Shown: positions 20,260 to 30,314 of the stretch, one piece after another
Numbering within the stretch: position 1 is the stretch's first letter
Layout: each line of letters opens with the position of its first letter
Virus record (IMG/VR): IMGVR_UViG_3300027255_000165
Length of the DNA: 64,000 bases
DNA from: a virus
Taxonomy: Duplodnaviria > Caudoviricetes
Direction: 5' to 3' (one strand)
Program-made: the position numbers and the translations under genes
Notes under the pieces: model-generated
Told to the model about the DNA's origin: nothing
The model's database searches: none
The model's input: the letters and a program-made list of their open reading frames with translations, nothing else

Positions 20260-22959
20260 TTATTTAATTGTTAAAGCGTTTTTCACTAAAGTATTAGTGT
20301 TTCCATTAACATCAGTAACTTCGAGTTCAAGGGTGTAATCACCTTTGTCCTCGAAGAGATATGTTAACCACTTATTACTGTAGTATATATCAGACATCGA
20401 TGTACTGTTATTTCGTATCGTCCATCTGTATTTATTCTTTCCAGGCATCATTGATTTGTCTGCACTGAAAGTCATGTGAGTTAGTAGTTCAATTTCAGCA
20501 TATGCTTCTGCAATCTGAATATCATTGAATGTTGGATTATATGGCGTGTAATTAACTTTACCAGTAATTGTTACTGAACCAACCGAAGCTACCGCTTCAT
20601 ACACATCTTCAAAATCGTATCTATTAGAATAATCCTTGCCGACCGCTAAAATGTATTTACAATAATCAATACCATTGGAAATTATTCCATCACCATCAAC
20701 GTCTTTAAATACAGGATTATATGTAAATTTAGATAGAATTGGATCAGTCGATGCGTTCAAATCATTTGCAGCTGATTGCCATGCTGGAATATCGGTAGGA
20801 TCAGTCAAATCAACTGTAAATACATAAGTGCTATATTCGTACTGGTATGTCTGATAGTTAAAGTGTTCAATAGTAAATGAAGAACCTGGATCAGCATTTT
20901 CAATTTTGAATGACGCAGTTAGGTCAGAACCGACTCTAGTTGCATCCCACCATGTGTGTTTACCGTCATTCCATTCATGTTTTCTAAGGTTTCTCCAGAA
21001 GTATGGACCTGGGGTTTCACCAAACCCGGTGGTTGATGAAGTGTCAACGTATCTTCTAACAGTTGAGAAGTTAACGCCTTGACTGTCATCGTTAACATAG
21101 TTCGCTCTATCTAAAGTCAAGTACAGTGTACCAATTTCTTGGTCAACAGTGTCGTTGTTTTGTTGTGGGAAACCCCATGAACCTCCTGCAACACCCCACT
21201 TAAAGTTTGAAGATTGCCAATCATAGTACTCTCTGTCCATCCACCTGTACATGCCGTAAATCTCAAGTGACTTCATCTTAGCATGAATAGAGTTAGGATA
21301 TGTCTCATTAGATACATGGTTGAATAGATTAGTGTGTTCAATCTTAACATCATAAGATCCTTCATAAGGTAGAGCAATCGCTACCTTTAACATATCTGCA
21401 GTTTCACCTGTTAAAACCTGTGACCAACCCTTAGGACCTGTAATTGTCCAAGTCGTTTCATACACATCTCTCTTCCACCAGTTGTTCCAAGTCAGGTAAG
21501 TTACTGCGTCAGCATCAATCCAAGTGAACTCAGCGTCTTCCCATGTATCAGGGAAGGACTTACACTCCAACTGAACCGGAGCTCCCACTGGAATATCTTC
21601 AAAAGATTCTTGGAACGTTGATCTATTTAATTCGTAGTAATTGGTATAGAAGTCTTCAGTATCAGAATATAGGGCTGACATATCAACATCTGACAGTGAT
21701 GAAAAGTCTTGTGTTTTACCAGTGTAAAGATCTGAAACCAATCTCAAATCCTCAATAAAAGGTTCTGTCTGGTGAATCTCAATCTTTGGGTCAACACCCG
21801 CTACGATAGTATCGATTGGATTCTGATTGTTCCAAATGTTGGTATTATATGAATAGAAGAAGTCCGCTTCACCAATGATGTCAATGATCTTGGCATTCAG
21901 TGGAAGGTACTCTCTTTGTAGTTTGTTCTTAAGACCGTATAACTTGATTAGAACTTCGTCAGCGGTGAAGTCAAAAACTTCATCAACCTGTGGAGTGTCC
22001 CACTGATCAAAGTTACCGTTAGGTGTGTTCAACTTATAGTACAGTCCAAAACGTGAAGTCTTTTTGTATGAAGATGAAGGTAGTTGAATACCCTTTAGTT
22101 TGTTAGATACGTAAGAACCTTTTGACGAAGATGGAATTTCAAACGCCTTTAGTTTACCAAACATTGGTGATCTATCGTCAACCACCAACCAATACTCCTT
22201 TAGTGTTAGATTGTTATATCCAAAGAATTTAATAGCGTTAATCAGCGCCTTATATGTACCAATGAACGGTTTAATGTTTGATAGTTCAAGTAGAAGTTCC
22301 TTTCTCTTACGGTTTAAGAGTTTCCAGTCAGTACCGACCTCGTTAATGTCATGATCTTTGAATAGGAATTGATCCGCAGTTGAAAGTGTTGCGCCAAAGT
22401 TTGAAAGTAGAACACCCAGTCTTTCGTCCTCTCCAACTGTTTCACCGTAAAAGTGGATGATAGCGACCACGTGGTCGTCAATAGTGTCAATCAAATATAG
22501 GTCTCTACGATGTGAATCATCGCGTTCTGAGTTCAGAGCGACGTTAACCTGTAAAGCGTCTTTAGCGTATGAAGTTCCAAGGGTGTGAATACCTGATGAA
22601 GTTGAAACCGCAACTGAGTTTGGTTGAGGATCTAAGATCTGAGAAGTTAGAGTTTCAACGTAAGGATCACCATCAACCAACTTAACACCAACCAAATTAA
22701 TGTCCTTTGAAGACTGATACCAATCTCTCCACTCCAACTTAAATTGAGAACCAATGTTAGACCCGACTGGTTTAACCAATACAGAAGCGCCAAGGGAGTT
22801 GTACGCCTCTTCTAGGATGAACAGGGACACTGACTCATATAATCCAGTAGATACCTCATCCATGTGAATGTATCCCTCAAACACTTCTGATGTGCTGTCG
22901 TATTCCAACTGCACTTCATAGTTTGTACCATTAAAGAATCTTAGTCCTGAGTATCTCAT
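20260..22959 (-). CDS. baseplate wedge-associated protein with PKD/Ig-like segments (putative)
   Basis: KPFIGTYKALINAIKFFGY segment; C-terminal FEDKGDYTLELEVTDVNGNTN PKD-like motif; next to gp6-like gene. Confidence 0.5.
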   Translation of the reverse strand: MRYSGLRFFNGTNYEVQLEYDSTSEVFEGYIHMDEVSTGLYESVSLFILEEAYNSLGASVLVKPVGSNIGSQFKLEWRDWYQSSKDINLVGVKLVDGDPYVETLTSQILDPQPNSVAVSTSSGIHTLGTSYAKDALQVNVALNSERDDSHRRDLYLIDTIDDHVVAIIHFYGETVGEDERLGVLLSNFGATLSTADQFLFKDHDINEVGTDWKLLNRKRKELLLELSNIKPFIGTYKALINAIKFFGYNNLTLKEYWLVVDDRSPMFGKLKAFEIPSSSKGSYVSNKLKGIQLPSSSYKKTSRFGLYYKLNTPNGNFDQWDTPQVDEVFDFTADEVLIKLYGLKNKLQREYLPLNAKIIDIIGEADFFYSYNTNIWNNQNPIDTIVAGVDPKIEIHQTEPFIEDLRLVSDLYTGKTQDFSSLSDVDMSALYSDTEDFYTNYYELNRSTFQESFEDIPVGAPVQLECKSFPDTWEDAEFTWIDADAVTYLTWNNWWKRDVYETTWTITGPKGWSQVLTGETADMLKVAIALPYEGSYDVKIEHTNLFNHVSNETYPNSIHAKMKSLEIYGMYRWMDREYYDWQSSNFKWGVAGGSWGFPQQNNDTVDQEIGTLYLTLDRANYVNDDSQGVNFSTVRRYVDTSSTTGFGETPGPYFWRNLRKHEWNDGKHTWWDATRVGSDLTASFKIENADPGSSFTIEHFNYQTYQYEYSTYVFTVDLTDPTDIPAWQSAANDLNASTDPILSKFTYNPVFKDVDGDGIISNGIDYCKYILAVGKDYSNRYDFEDVYEAVASVGSVTITGKVNYTPYNPTFNDIQIAEAYAEIELLTHMTFSADKSMMPGKNKYRWTIRNNSTSMSDIYYSNKWLTYLFEDKGDYTLELEVTDVNGNTNTLVKNALTIK

Positions 22960-23231
22960 TACTTAACTTTCAAATAATCTTTTGGCATTGCAAATGCCTT
23001 AAACAGTTTTAGTTGTGTTACCGCTCTTGTTGAAGTAACAAACATGTCTTGAATGAACTCAATGAAATCTTTCATTGTTTCCTTTCTTTGAATGTGAGGT
23101 GATAGACCCTTGGTCATAAGGTCGTATGAATAGTCCCTACCTTCATTCAGTTTATAATCGTTGGCACTCTTGGTTATGTTATACTTTTTACCAAGCTTGT
23201 ACTTATAAAGGTCTTTGTATAGATCGCTCAT
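22959..23231 (-). CDS. hypothetical baseplate-region protein
   Basis: 90 aa ORF coupled by stop/start overlaps on both sides. Confidence 0.55.
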   Translation of the reverse strand: MSDLYKDLYKYKLGKKYNITKSANDYKLNEGRDYSYDLMTKGLSPHIQRKETMKDFIEFIQDMFVTSTRAVTQLKLFKAFAMPKDYLKVK

Positions 23232-25060
23232 TAGATTGACTTTCTATTTGCTGCCTGAATTTGAGTGAAGACAGTTCTTGGAATTGGTTTAGCAAAGCTT
23301 ACTGAAAGCGCAGCTGCTTCTCCAATCTTAGCATCATCGGCAATTGTTGAACCTGTTCTATCAGCCCATCCACCTCTAAACATCGCAACGTCTTCTTTAC
23401 TCAGTGCAATATCTCCAAATTCATCTAGACCAGTGATAGACATTCTAACGTCAGCTGGAATTCCATCAGTGGCATTAAAGGTAATAGTGTTTGAAGTTAC
23501 AGTTTTCTTAAAGAATAGAATTCTGTTCTTACCATTGCCAACATCTTCTAGAACGGGGGTTTGTGGAGTGATAGTTGTCTGTGTTACTGTGTATGATCCT
23601 GTTCTTAGAGCGTCTTCTTCTGACTTAGATAGAAACTGAACGTTAACTGAGTCAATGCCATCGACTCCTTCTAGAAGGGCGACAATGTCAGACTTAGGCA
23701 ATCTATCTCTTCTAGTGATAGACATTAAATACGTTGAAATCTTTCTTCTGATTTCAGCTAGAAGTTGAATTTCGTCAAATCCTTCAAAGTGACGAACCCA
23801 AATGTTCATAGCATACATTTTTGGCTTTGGATCAACGAATGAGATCTCAGTCGTTACCATCTGCTTACCTGATAACTCAATTGCTTCTCTAATGCCCTCA
23901 AGTTCAGATTGTGTAAAAAAGAATTCTTCGGTTGGAACGGAGAAATAATCTTGATTTGACTTTAGTTTTGACTTAACGTCAGGGAGAAGGAAAAGATAGA
24001 TGATATTATCGTCATCTAAATATTGATCATCAGTCTGTGAATATGCATCAACATAAGAGAACATATTGTATCTTGCTAGGAAGTGTTCGTAATTGTCTGG
24101 AGTTGCAAGTACAAATGACTTAGATGTAAGAGGCGCAATTAGTTTTGTAAATTCAATTGATTCAGGATCTGCTCCCATTTTAGGAGAGGCGGTACTTCTG
24201 ATTTCCAATAGATTATTAAGGTCGTATTCATTTCCTAATGCATCATATCCTGGATCAACAAACTTATATGAAATATCAGGTGAATCGCCCAGATTTCCAG
24301 ATCTGCCATTGGTTTTAATGTAATTAACTTCGATTACCGCACCGTTGTTAGGAATCTGTCCAAAGTTACCATTACCAAAGAATAAATCAATACCACCGGT
24401 GATACCAGTCTTAATAACTACTCCCTTTGTAGAAGCGTTCATGTCATATAGAGATTCATATACTGTCCATTTCTCACCATTAACTGCAACGTCGACAATA
24501 TCGTGGGCTGTAACACCTCCGGTTTGAATGTTAAAAGTTTGAAAAGGTTCACCTGACCCTGTGACATTCTGTGCTTGGGTTTCACCCTGAACGACAGGAA
24601 CTTTAATATATCCTGCTAGGCCTTTTGAAATGCTAATTAAATCGGTCGAAGATCTTAATAAGTAAATTAAAGAGTTGTTATTAGATCTAATCTGAGAATT
24701 GGAATTAATATAAAGGGTATTTCCTGCAATTTCAGATTGCATACCCGGCTTCCATGTTATTTCAATCTCTCCCATCGCAGCAAATCCTCTAGTAGGATCA
24801 TGGCCAGCCAATCTAGCTAGTCCATAGATGGATTCAGGCTGTTGAGCCGTGATAATGTTTTGTTCAACAGTCGCGTCTTCAATGTAATAGAAGATCATGT
24901 TAGTAAGCTCTGACGCTACTTTAACCATCTGAGAAAACGGAGATGCAGTTGTGAAAATGCTTTCAGCATTACCGTAAACCCTGCTCAAATAGGTTCTAAC
25001 GTCCTGTTGAATCTGTGTAACTGCAACTCTAGCAGTGTCAAGAAAATTGAATTGGGCCAT
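23231..25060 (-). CDS. baseplate wedge subunit, T4 gp6-like
   Basis: EQNIITAQQPESIYGLARLAGHDP, FFGNGNFGQIP, GADPESIEFTK, TPDNYE match gp6/baseplate-J features. Confidence 0.8.
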   Translation of the reverse strand: MAQFNFLDTARVAVTQIQQDVRTYLSRVYGNAESIFTTASPFSQMVKVASELTNMIFYYIEDATVEQNIITAQQPESIYGLARLAGHDPTRGFAAMGEIEITWKPGMQSEIAGNTLYINSNSQIRSNNNSLIYLLRSSTDLISISKGLAGYIKVPVVQGETQAQNVTGSGEPFQTFNIQTGGVTAHDIVDVAVNGEKWTVYESLYDMNASTKGVVIKTGITGGIDLFFGNGNFGQIPNNGAVIEVNYIKTNGRSGNLGDSPDISYKFVDPGYDALGNEYDLNNLLEIRSTASPKMGADPESIEFTKLIAPLTSKSFVLATPDNYEHFLARYNMFSYVDAYSQTDDQYLDDDNIIYLFLLPDVKSKLKSNQDYFSVPTEEFFFTQSELEGIREAIELSGKQMVTTEISFVDPKPKMYAMNIWVRHFEGFDEIQLLAEIRRKISTYLMSITRRDRLPKSDIVALLEGVDGIDSVNVQFLSKSEEDALRTGSYTVTQTTITPQTPVLEDVGNGKNRILFFKKTVTSNTITFNATDGIPADVRMSITGLDEFGDIALSKEDVAMFRGGWADRTGSTIADDAKIGEAAALSVSFAKPIPRTVFTQIQAANRKSI

Positions 25061-25072
25061 GTCAGACGTTTA

Positions 25073-25429
25073 TTAGTTTACATACACTTGAACTTGATAC
25101 TTCGAGTTAAGTGTAATGTTTATTTCTGCAATATCTCTAACGGTTCCCTTATAAAAAGAAACATTAGTCGATACTCTATATTTTCCAGCCAGTGGTACAT
25201 ATCTTTGAATTTGATCCTCAATGGTTGAAGTAACCATACTCTCATTGTAATTAAGAGTGTATATCAAATCTTCAAGATTTGCTCCAAAATCTGGTTCGCC
25301 AAGAACATCACCTTTTCTAGTGAACAGAATAGTTTCAATCTGCGTGATGACCTTTGAGATCTCACTCTCAGAATGAACCTTATATGGATCGTAGTTTGGA
25401 TCTCCTTCTGCTCTTACGTAAAATTCCAT
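25073..25429 (-). CDS. baseplate wedge protein, gp25-like
   Basis: IETILFTRKGDVLGEPDFGANLEDL (GPW/gp25 motif). Confidence 0.8.
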   Translation of the reverse strand: MEFYVRAEGDPNYDPYKVHSESEISKVITQIETILFTRKGDVLGEPDFGANLEDLIYTLNYNESMVTSTIEDQIQRYVPLAGKYRVSTNVSFYKGTVRDIAEINITLNSKYQVQVYVN

Positions 25430-25438
25430 GGCTATCTT

Positions 25439-25446
25439 TATATATC
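25439..25446 (-). promoter_or_regulatory. putative late promoter GATATATA
   Basis: Intergenic, upstream of gp25-like gene. Confidence 0.6.
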
Positions 25447-25449
25447 ACA

Positions 25450-26286
25450 TTACGAGTGCATCATCCAGTCGGTGCCCTCATCATTTTTGATTTCTTCAAT
25501 CACTTTATCTAATTCATCCTGCCCCATTGACTGAATAATGTCAGCGTTAATCGTAATGCCACCTGGAAGATTGTAACCAAAAATAGCTAATTTCTGACCT
25601 AGTGAAATCATAACCTTTGCGGCCACGTATCTGAAGAAGATTTCATCTGCAAATAATGCACAGTCTGGAAGAGTTTCGTAAATCTCTAGAACGACGGGTT
25701 TAGTTGGTGTTTGACCTGTAAATTTCAATTCATGTGTCTGCTGTGAATAGTGGAAAGACAATGGGTTTTCAAGAATCTGACGAGCCATGTCAAAGAAAGA
25801 TTCGTTAATTACAAAGTACTGTAAGTTTTCTGCACCTGCAACAATTGATGCACCACCTGAATAAAGAGAACCAAACAGTGCTCTTTGAACGTCAAAGTCA
25901 CCTGTTGTGAAAGTGATAGCAGAACCTGCACCGTATCTTGAACCAATTTCAGCAACGGCATAAACAGCATACACTTCGTTTCCTCCTGTTGCAGGATTCT
26001 CTTTAGGTAGTGTTAATGATCTACGTCTTCTGAAGTGATCAGTGTCAAACACCTCAACTGGAATGTACAAGAAGTTCTCAGTCACTGAGTACTCATACGT
26101 TTTGTAAAACCACTTCTTTGCACGCTTAATGATGTTATACACCTCCGACTTAGGTAGGTTCATAGGAATCATACATGCACCTGTAACATGACTTCCGATT
26201 TCGTCAATGAAATCGTTTAGGCAATTAGAATCGTAATCTGGTGGGGTGGTTAGATTGTCTAAATCACCAATAAAAATATCACCCAT
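25450..26286 (-). CDS. neck protein, T4 gp13-like (putative)
   Basis: IIKRAKKWF near the N-terminus and C-terminal KFGYNLPGGITINA-like motif (IFGYNLPGGITINAD) resembling gp13. Confidence 0.65.
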   Translation of the reverse strand: MGDIFIGDLDNLTTPPDYDSNCLNDFIDEIGSHVTGACMIPMNLPKSEVYNIIKRAKKWFYKTYEYSVTENFLYIPVEVFDTDHFRRRRSLTLPKENPATGGNEVYAVYAVAEIGSRYGAGSAITFTTGDFDVQRALFGSLYSGGASIVAGAENLQYFVINESFFDMARQILENPLSFHYSQQTHELKFTGQTPTKPVVLEIYETLPDCALFADEIFFRYVAAKVMISLGQKLAIFGYNLPGGITINADIIQSMGQDELDKVIEEIKNDEGTDWMMHS

Positions 26287-26290
26287 TTCT

Positions 26291-27583
26291 TTAGTTTATT
26301 TTTTTAGAGTTTATCACCTCGGTCTTATCAAACTTGGCGAACTTCTCGCTATATTTACCCTCTCTAAAAATACCACCCGACATAGTACCTTTAAAAACAC
26401 TGTCGGTTCCAAATACATAGCAGTTATTTAGAGTGCAACTGTTATGAGTGTAGCATGATTGAACCTTTGACCCATCAACCTGAGTCGACTGGTAAAGATT
26501 ACTTCGCTGAATATCAGATCCATTAATTTGGCATCTGTAAAAATCGCTTAAGATTGCTTCGCCTCTAAACTTGCAATCTACGAATTCATAACCCTCCAAA
26601 CCATGGGCTCCTAAGAAAACACCATCTTTAACCTGAACCCTTGAACGATCAGTGTCGTAGTTAATATGACCCTCTGACATTCCACCCTCTGAAATAAGTT
26701 TTACAACTTGGGTTTTAATGTTAGACCAGAACATGTCAATAGTTTCACCGTGGTTCTGAAGATCAAGAGTAAAATCAATCTTTTGAAAATTCTTAAAGTT
26801 ACGATGATCCTTGTAAAGGTCGTAAATCTTTTTCATGTTTGACATGATTCTTCTTAACTCAAGGCGATTAAGCTCTGTTAAATCAGGATTCTTACATGTG
26901 TTCCAGAGTTGAATTAGAAAACTGTCAAGTAAATGAAGAATTGTTGAAGTCTTCTTTTCATAATCTTTACCGCCCAGGTATCTAAATTCTAGGTACCCTT
27001 TCTCCTGTTTTAAGAAGTTAACACCATAATACTTGGTGTCTGGATATTTAAACTGCATTTTAGAGATGTGATTTTCATCAAAGTTAAACAGCTCATTCTT
27101 AGGCAGAACGTACTTGATTGACTTGGCGTAAACAAGATCTCTACGTTCAGGAAAGTGTTTATACACCTGTTCTTCTTTAAAGTCCAAGATGAACTTTAAA
27201 GTGTTCATGTGAGTGATAAAGTTTGAACCCACAATCTTTTTGTCAAACGATACATTAAGGTGAATACCCGCTCTATCAGTAGTGTGACCGTTTTCCGAGA
27301 TCCAATGTAACATCTTAATGATGATCAGTCTGGCATCAGGATACGGCAATGCACCAGTCACCATCTCAATGAGACCGGCACCACCTGACATATCAGGCTC
27401 CAACTTAAACACCTTATCGGACGGTTGAAAATCTGAGTGAGCCTTTTCTTCTACCTGAATCTTACGACCCAGATATTCACCGACCATCTCAGCTGTTTTT
27501 TCAACACTGTGATTCGAGTAAAACTCAAATTCAATGCCGCAAAATGAATGAAGGAGTATATCCTTGTTTGCTTCGTTTAACAT
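26291..27583 (-). CDS. putative amidoligase (COOH-NH2 ligase) with C-terminal beta-helix-like repeats
   Basis: CGIEFEF, IEMVTG, AGIHLNVSF, KYYGVN, YLEFRYLGG motifs. Confidence 0.7.
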   Translation of the reverse strand: MLNEANKDILLHSFCGIEFEFYSNHSVEKTAEMVGEYLGRKIQVEEKAHSDFQPSDKVFKLEPDMSGGAGLIEMVTGALPYPDARLIIIKMLHWISENGHTTDRAGIHLNVSFDKKIVGSNFITHMNTLKFILDFKEEQVYKHFPERRDLVYAKSIKYVLPKNELFNFDENHISKMQFKYPDTKYYGVNFLKQEKGYLEFRYLGGKDYEKKTSTILHLLDSFLIQLWNTCKNPDLTELNRLELRRIMSNMKKIYDLYKDHRNFKNFQKIDFTLDLQNHGETIDMFWSNIKTQVVKLISEGGMSEGHINYDTDRSRVQVKDGVFLGAHGLEGYEFVDCKFRGEAILSDFYRCQINGSDIQRSNLYQSTQVDGSKVQSCYTHNSCTLNNCYVFGTDSVFKGTMSGGIFREGKYSEKFAKFDKTEVINSKKIN

Positions 27584-27612
27584 GCAGTAGACACTATCTT
27601 ACTATTTAAGTT

Positions 27613-27620
27613 TATATATC
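27613..27620 (-). promoter_or_regulatory. putative late promoter GATATATA
   Basis: Intergenic, upstream of amidoligase/neck genes. Confidence 0.6.
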
Positions 27621-27645
27621 TACCGCACCGGGTAGCGGTTTAGAC

Positions 27646-27677
27646 ACAAGCTCAGTTACCGAAATAACTGAGCTTGT
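27646..27677 (-). terminator. strong hairpin after S1 gene (13-bp perfect stem)
   Basis: acaagctcagtta-ccgaaa-taactgagcttgt; no U-tract on the minus strand, so terminator function is uncertain. Confidence 0.5.
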
Positions 27678-27708
27678 AACTAAGTAGTAATTAAGTAGTA
27701 ACTAAGAA

Positions 27709-29055
27709 TTATGCACCGATAACTCTCAAGAATACTTTCTTGGTATCTTCATCAACCTTAGTAACCTCTACTACAATTTCCTGACCCTTTTGGAAAGTGT
27801 CTCTCAATACTGTACCTTCTGGGAACTCAGAGATGTGTGCCATACCTACCACTGAACCGTGAACGGCGATGAATAAACCGTAATCTTTAATTGATCTGAT
27901 GGTAGCGTTTTCAACCAGCGTCGGTAACTTTAAACCTTTAGTGAATTCTTCCCATGAGTTATCAACCTTCATCTCAGACTTTTCCTTTTGAGTCAAGATG
28001 ATCTTTTCGTTACTGACAATTTCTTTGATTTTGAAGGTAACTTCATCACCAGGATTTACAGTACCATTTTTGTGAGAATTGAATAACTCAGGTGATAGGT
28101 CATTAACGTGAATCATACCCGTCAAACATGTATTAAATTCAACGAATACACCGTATTTTGCAGTACCTGTTACGTTACCTTTAATTTCAGAATCGATATT
28201 AGCTTGTAGGTTTTCAATTTCTCTAGGAATCATTGCCTGTAAGTATTTTCGGTGAGAAACCACGATTGTACCTCTCTTAGACGAGAATGAATCAGGTACC
28301 ACGTACATCTGAGCACCGACAATTGAACTAAAGTCATGCAGTTTATTAATACCCGCAAGTGAACCGGGCATAAAACATTGGATACCTTGAACGAGTACAA
28401 GGTAACCTCCACCCGGGATCATCTCTTTAATAGTACCTAGGTATGCTGTATCTCCATCGTCAGCTGCTTGTCTAAGTTCTGCAAACACCTTTTGTTTAGT
28501 TCCTTCAGTGATAGAAGCAACTGCGTATTCTCTAACGTCAGTTTTATCACTTAAAACTTTTACAGCAACTTCGTCTCCAGGTCTAACGTCTGCAATAACG
28601 TCTCTATCTTCTCTTGACAAATCAATGTACAACATTTCACGATAATTAATATCGACTGTTGCCCATTTTTCACTCATCGAGTGGATTCTTCCAACTTCAA
28701 CAGCACCTACGGTTAATTCAGAGATACCGTCGTCAAATTGAACGGTAGACAATAAATTATACATTTCTTGAGCATAAGGCTCGTGACAGTACACCACGTC
28801 TTTGTGGGAACCTGTCTTAATCTTAGTGTTGGGTTTGAGTTTTCGGTTGTAATAAGACTCGTATCTGTCCCAATCAAATTCTCCAGTTGGAGTTAAGAAT
28901 TCGTCTGTAGATGAATCAAATTCATCAAGGTTGACTTCTACCTCTTCTTTTTCAACTTCAGTTACCTCTACTTTAATTTGTTTTTTGTTAGAGTTTTCTT
29001 GAAGTCTTCTTCGCTTTTGAGTACCATTATTGGTACCGTTGTTTTGATTTGTCAT
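27709..29055 (-). CDS. rpsA: ribosomal protein S1 homologue (4 S1 domains)
   Basis: S1 repeats incl. CFMPGSL...GTIVVSHRK, KYGVFVEF...GMIHVNDLS, DYGLFIAV...GMAHISEF...VTKVDEDTKKVFL. Confidence 0.85.
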   Translation of the reverse strand: MTNQNNGTNNGTQKRRRLQENSNKKQIKVEVTEVEKEEVEVNLDEFDSSTDEFLTPTGEFDWDRYESYYNRKLKPNTKIKTGSHKDVVYCHEPYAQEMYNLLSTVQFDDGISELTVGAVEVGRIHSMSEKWATVDINYREMLYIDLSREDRDVIADVRPGDEVAVKVLSDKTDVREYAVASITEGTKQKVFAELRQAADDGDTAYLGTIKEMIPGGGYLVLVQGIQCFMPGSLAGINKLHDFSSIVGAQMYVVPDSFSSKRGTIVVSHRKYLQAMIPREIENLQANIDSEIKGNVTGTAKYGVFVEFNTCLTGMIHVNDLSPELFNSHKNGTVNPGDEVTFKIKEIVSNEKIILTQKEKSEMKVDNSWEEFTKGLKLPTLVENATIRSIKDYGLFIAVHGSVVGMAHISEFPEGTVLRDTFQKGQEIVVEVTKVDEDTKKVFLRVIGA

Positions 29056-29095
29056 TTATGTTTAATTTAAAGGTGTAAAATACTAATTATATAAC

Positions 29096-29560
29096 TCACT
29101 TCTTTTTATAGCGGTCGTCTCCCTTGACAATAGCACCTGCAACAGCCCTATCAACTGCTTTTCCAAGCGCTTGCATAAGAGTTAGTGTGAGAGCATGGGA
29201 TAAATTTGCTACGTTATTAATACCGTCGGCTTTTGCCTTTTCATTCGCGGCTTGAATGTCGGGATTATTGTCTTTGGTTTTCGTCTTTTTAATCGTATCC
29301 ATGCCGAAGGCAGATGAAATAGCCTTGTACCAATCGAGAGGAGCGTCGCCGTAGATAGGGTTGGCCTTTAGTTGTTCCCTATACAATTTATCTCTGTCAG
29401 TGGTCTTTTTAGGATTAGGTTGTGATCCGCCTCCTTTTTGGCCGCCTCCACCGCCTCCACCGCCAGTATTTGCAGCGTTATCGGTGTTCATGTTATTGCC
29501 ACCGCCGCCATCGGTTGCATTTCCGACTCCCGTGTTGTTTGTATCTTTACCGTCAGCCAT
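29096..29560 (-). CDS. hypothetical protein with poly-Gly N-terminal region
   Basis: 154 aa, GGGGGGGGQKGGG tract. Confidence 0.55.
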   Translation of the reverse strand: MADGKDTNNTGVGNATDGGGGNNMNTDNAANTGGGGGGGGQKGGGSQPNPKKTTDRDKLYREQLKANPIYGDAPLDWYKAISSAFGMDTIKKTKTKDNNPDIQAANEKAKADGINNVANLSHALTLTLMQALGKAVDRAVAGAIVKGDDRYKKK

Positions 29561-29561
29561 C

Positions 29562-30314
29562 TTAGTTAACTTTTACCTTTGTTGATTTGGTAGGTGGAAT
29601 CTTAGCAGCAATAACGGGAATTGAAGAAGTCAAATTCGTAGCCGCAGTTGCAGCTGCTGTAGCAGCGGTCCCCAACGGCACTGCAAGCGGAGCAGCACTC
29701 AAAATAGGAAGTGAGGCTGCCGCAACACCTGCCGATGCGAGAGCTGTCATGTTTGTTGATAGATTGGTTAGATCAATTGCTAGCTTTTGCAACGTGTTCT
29801 TAATTTCGTTAAGGGCATCTTCATTTTTATCACCTAACACGGCAGGTTCTTCTGAACCTCCACCCATTCCAACGAGATGCAATAGATCAGCGGCCTGAAA
29901 TAGGCCTTCACCGGCTGAACCAATCAACTTAACACCCTCTGATGAGTTCCAATACAGTTGCATTCTCGATGGGTCATAGAAAAGTGAGACCACTCCCATT
30001 GCACCATTCGCAGATACCATGTCTGAAACTTCTTGACGTGCCTTAGCCTGAAAGAAATAAACTGGAGTGTATAAGTTTCCGTTATCAAATCTAACAGAAA
30101 CAATGTCACCTACGGCTGGAACCGCAAATTGACCATGTGAATCATTAGAACCGCAAAGGGCCCATGGAAGATCTTCATCAGGAATTAGATCAAACTTACC
30201 AAAAATGCGTATCCTACAACGGCCCTGATTTGATGGATCTTCGTTATTAACGATTTCTCCTAACCAGTGCGAATCTCTTAAATTATCTTGAAAAAGCTCT
30301 TTAATAGAGTCCAT
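29562..30314 (-). CDS. baseplate central spike protein, gp5/VgrG OB-fold (no lysozyme domain)
   Basis: EIVNNEDPSNQGRCRIRIFG, LPWA, FAVPAVGDIVSVRFDNGNLYTPVY. Confidence 0.8.
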   Translation of the reverse strand: MDSIKELFQDNLRDSHWLGEIVNNEDPSNQGRCRIRIFGKFDLIPDEDLPWALCGSNDSHGQFAVPAVGDIVSVRFDNGNLYTPVYFFQAKARQEVSDMVSANGAMGVVSLFYDPSRMQLYWNSSEGVKLIGSAGEGLFQAADLLHLVGMGGGSEEPAVLGDKNEDALNEIKNTLQKLAIDLTNLSTNMTALASAGVAAASLPILSAAPLAVPLGTAATAAATAATNLTSSIPVIAAKIPPTKSTKVKVN

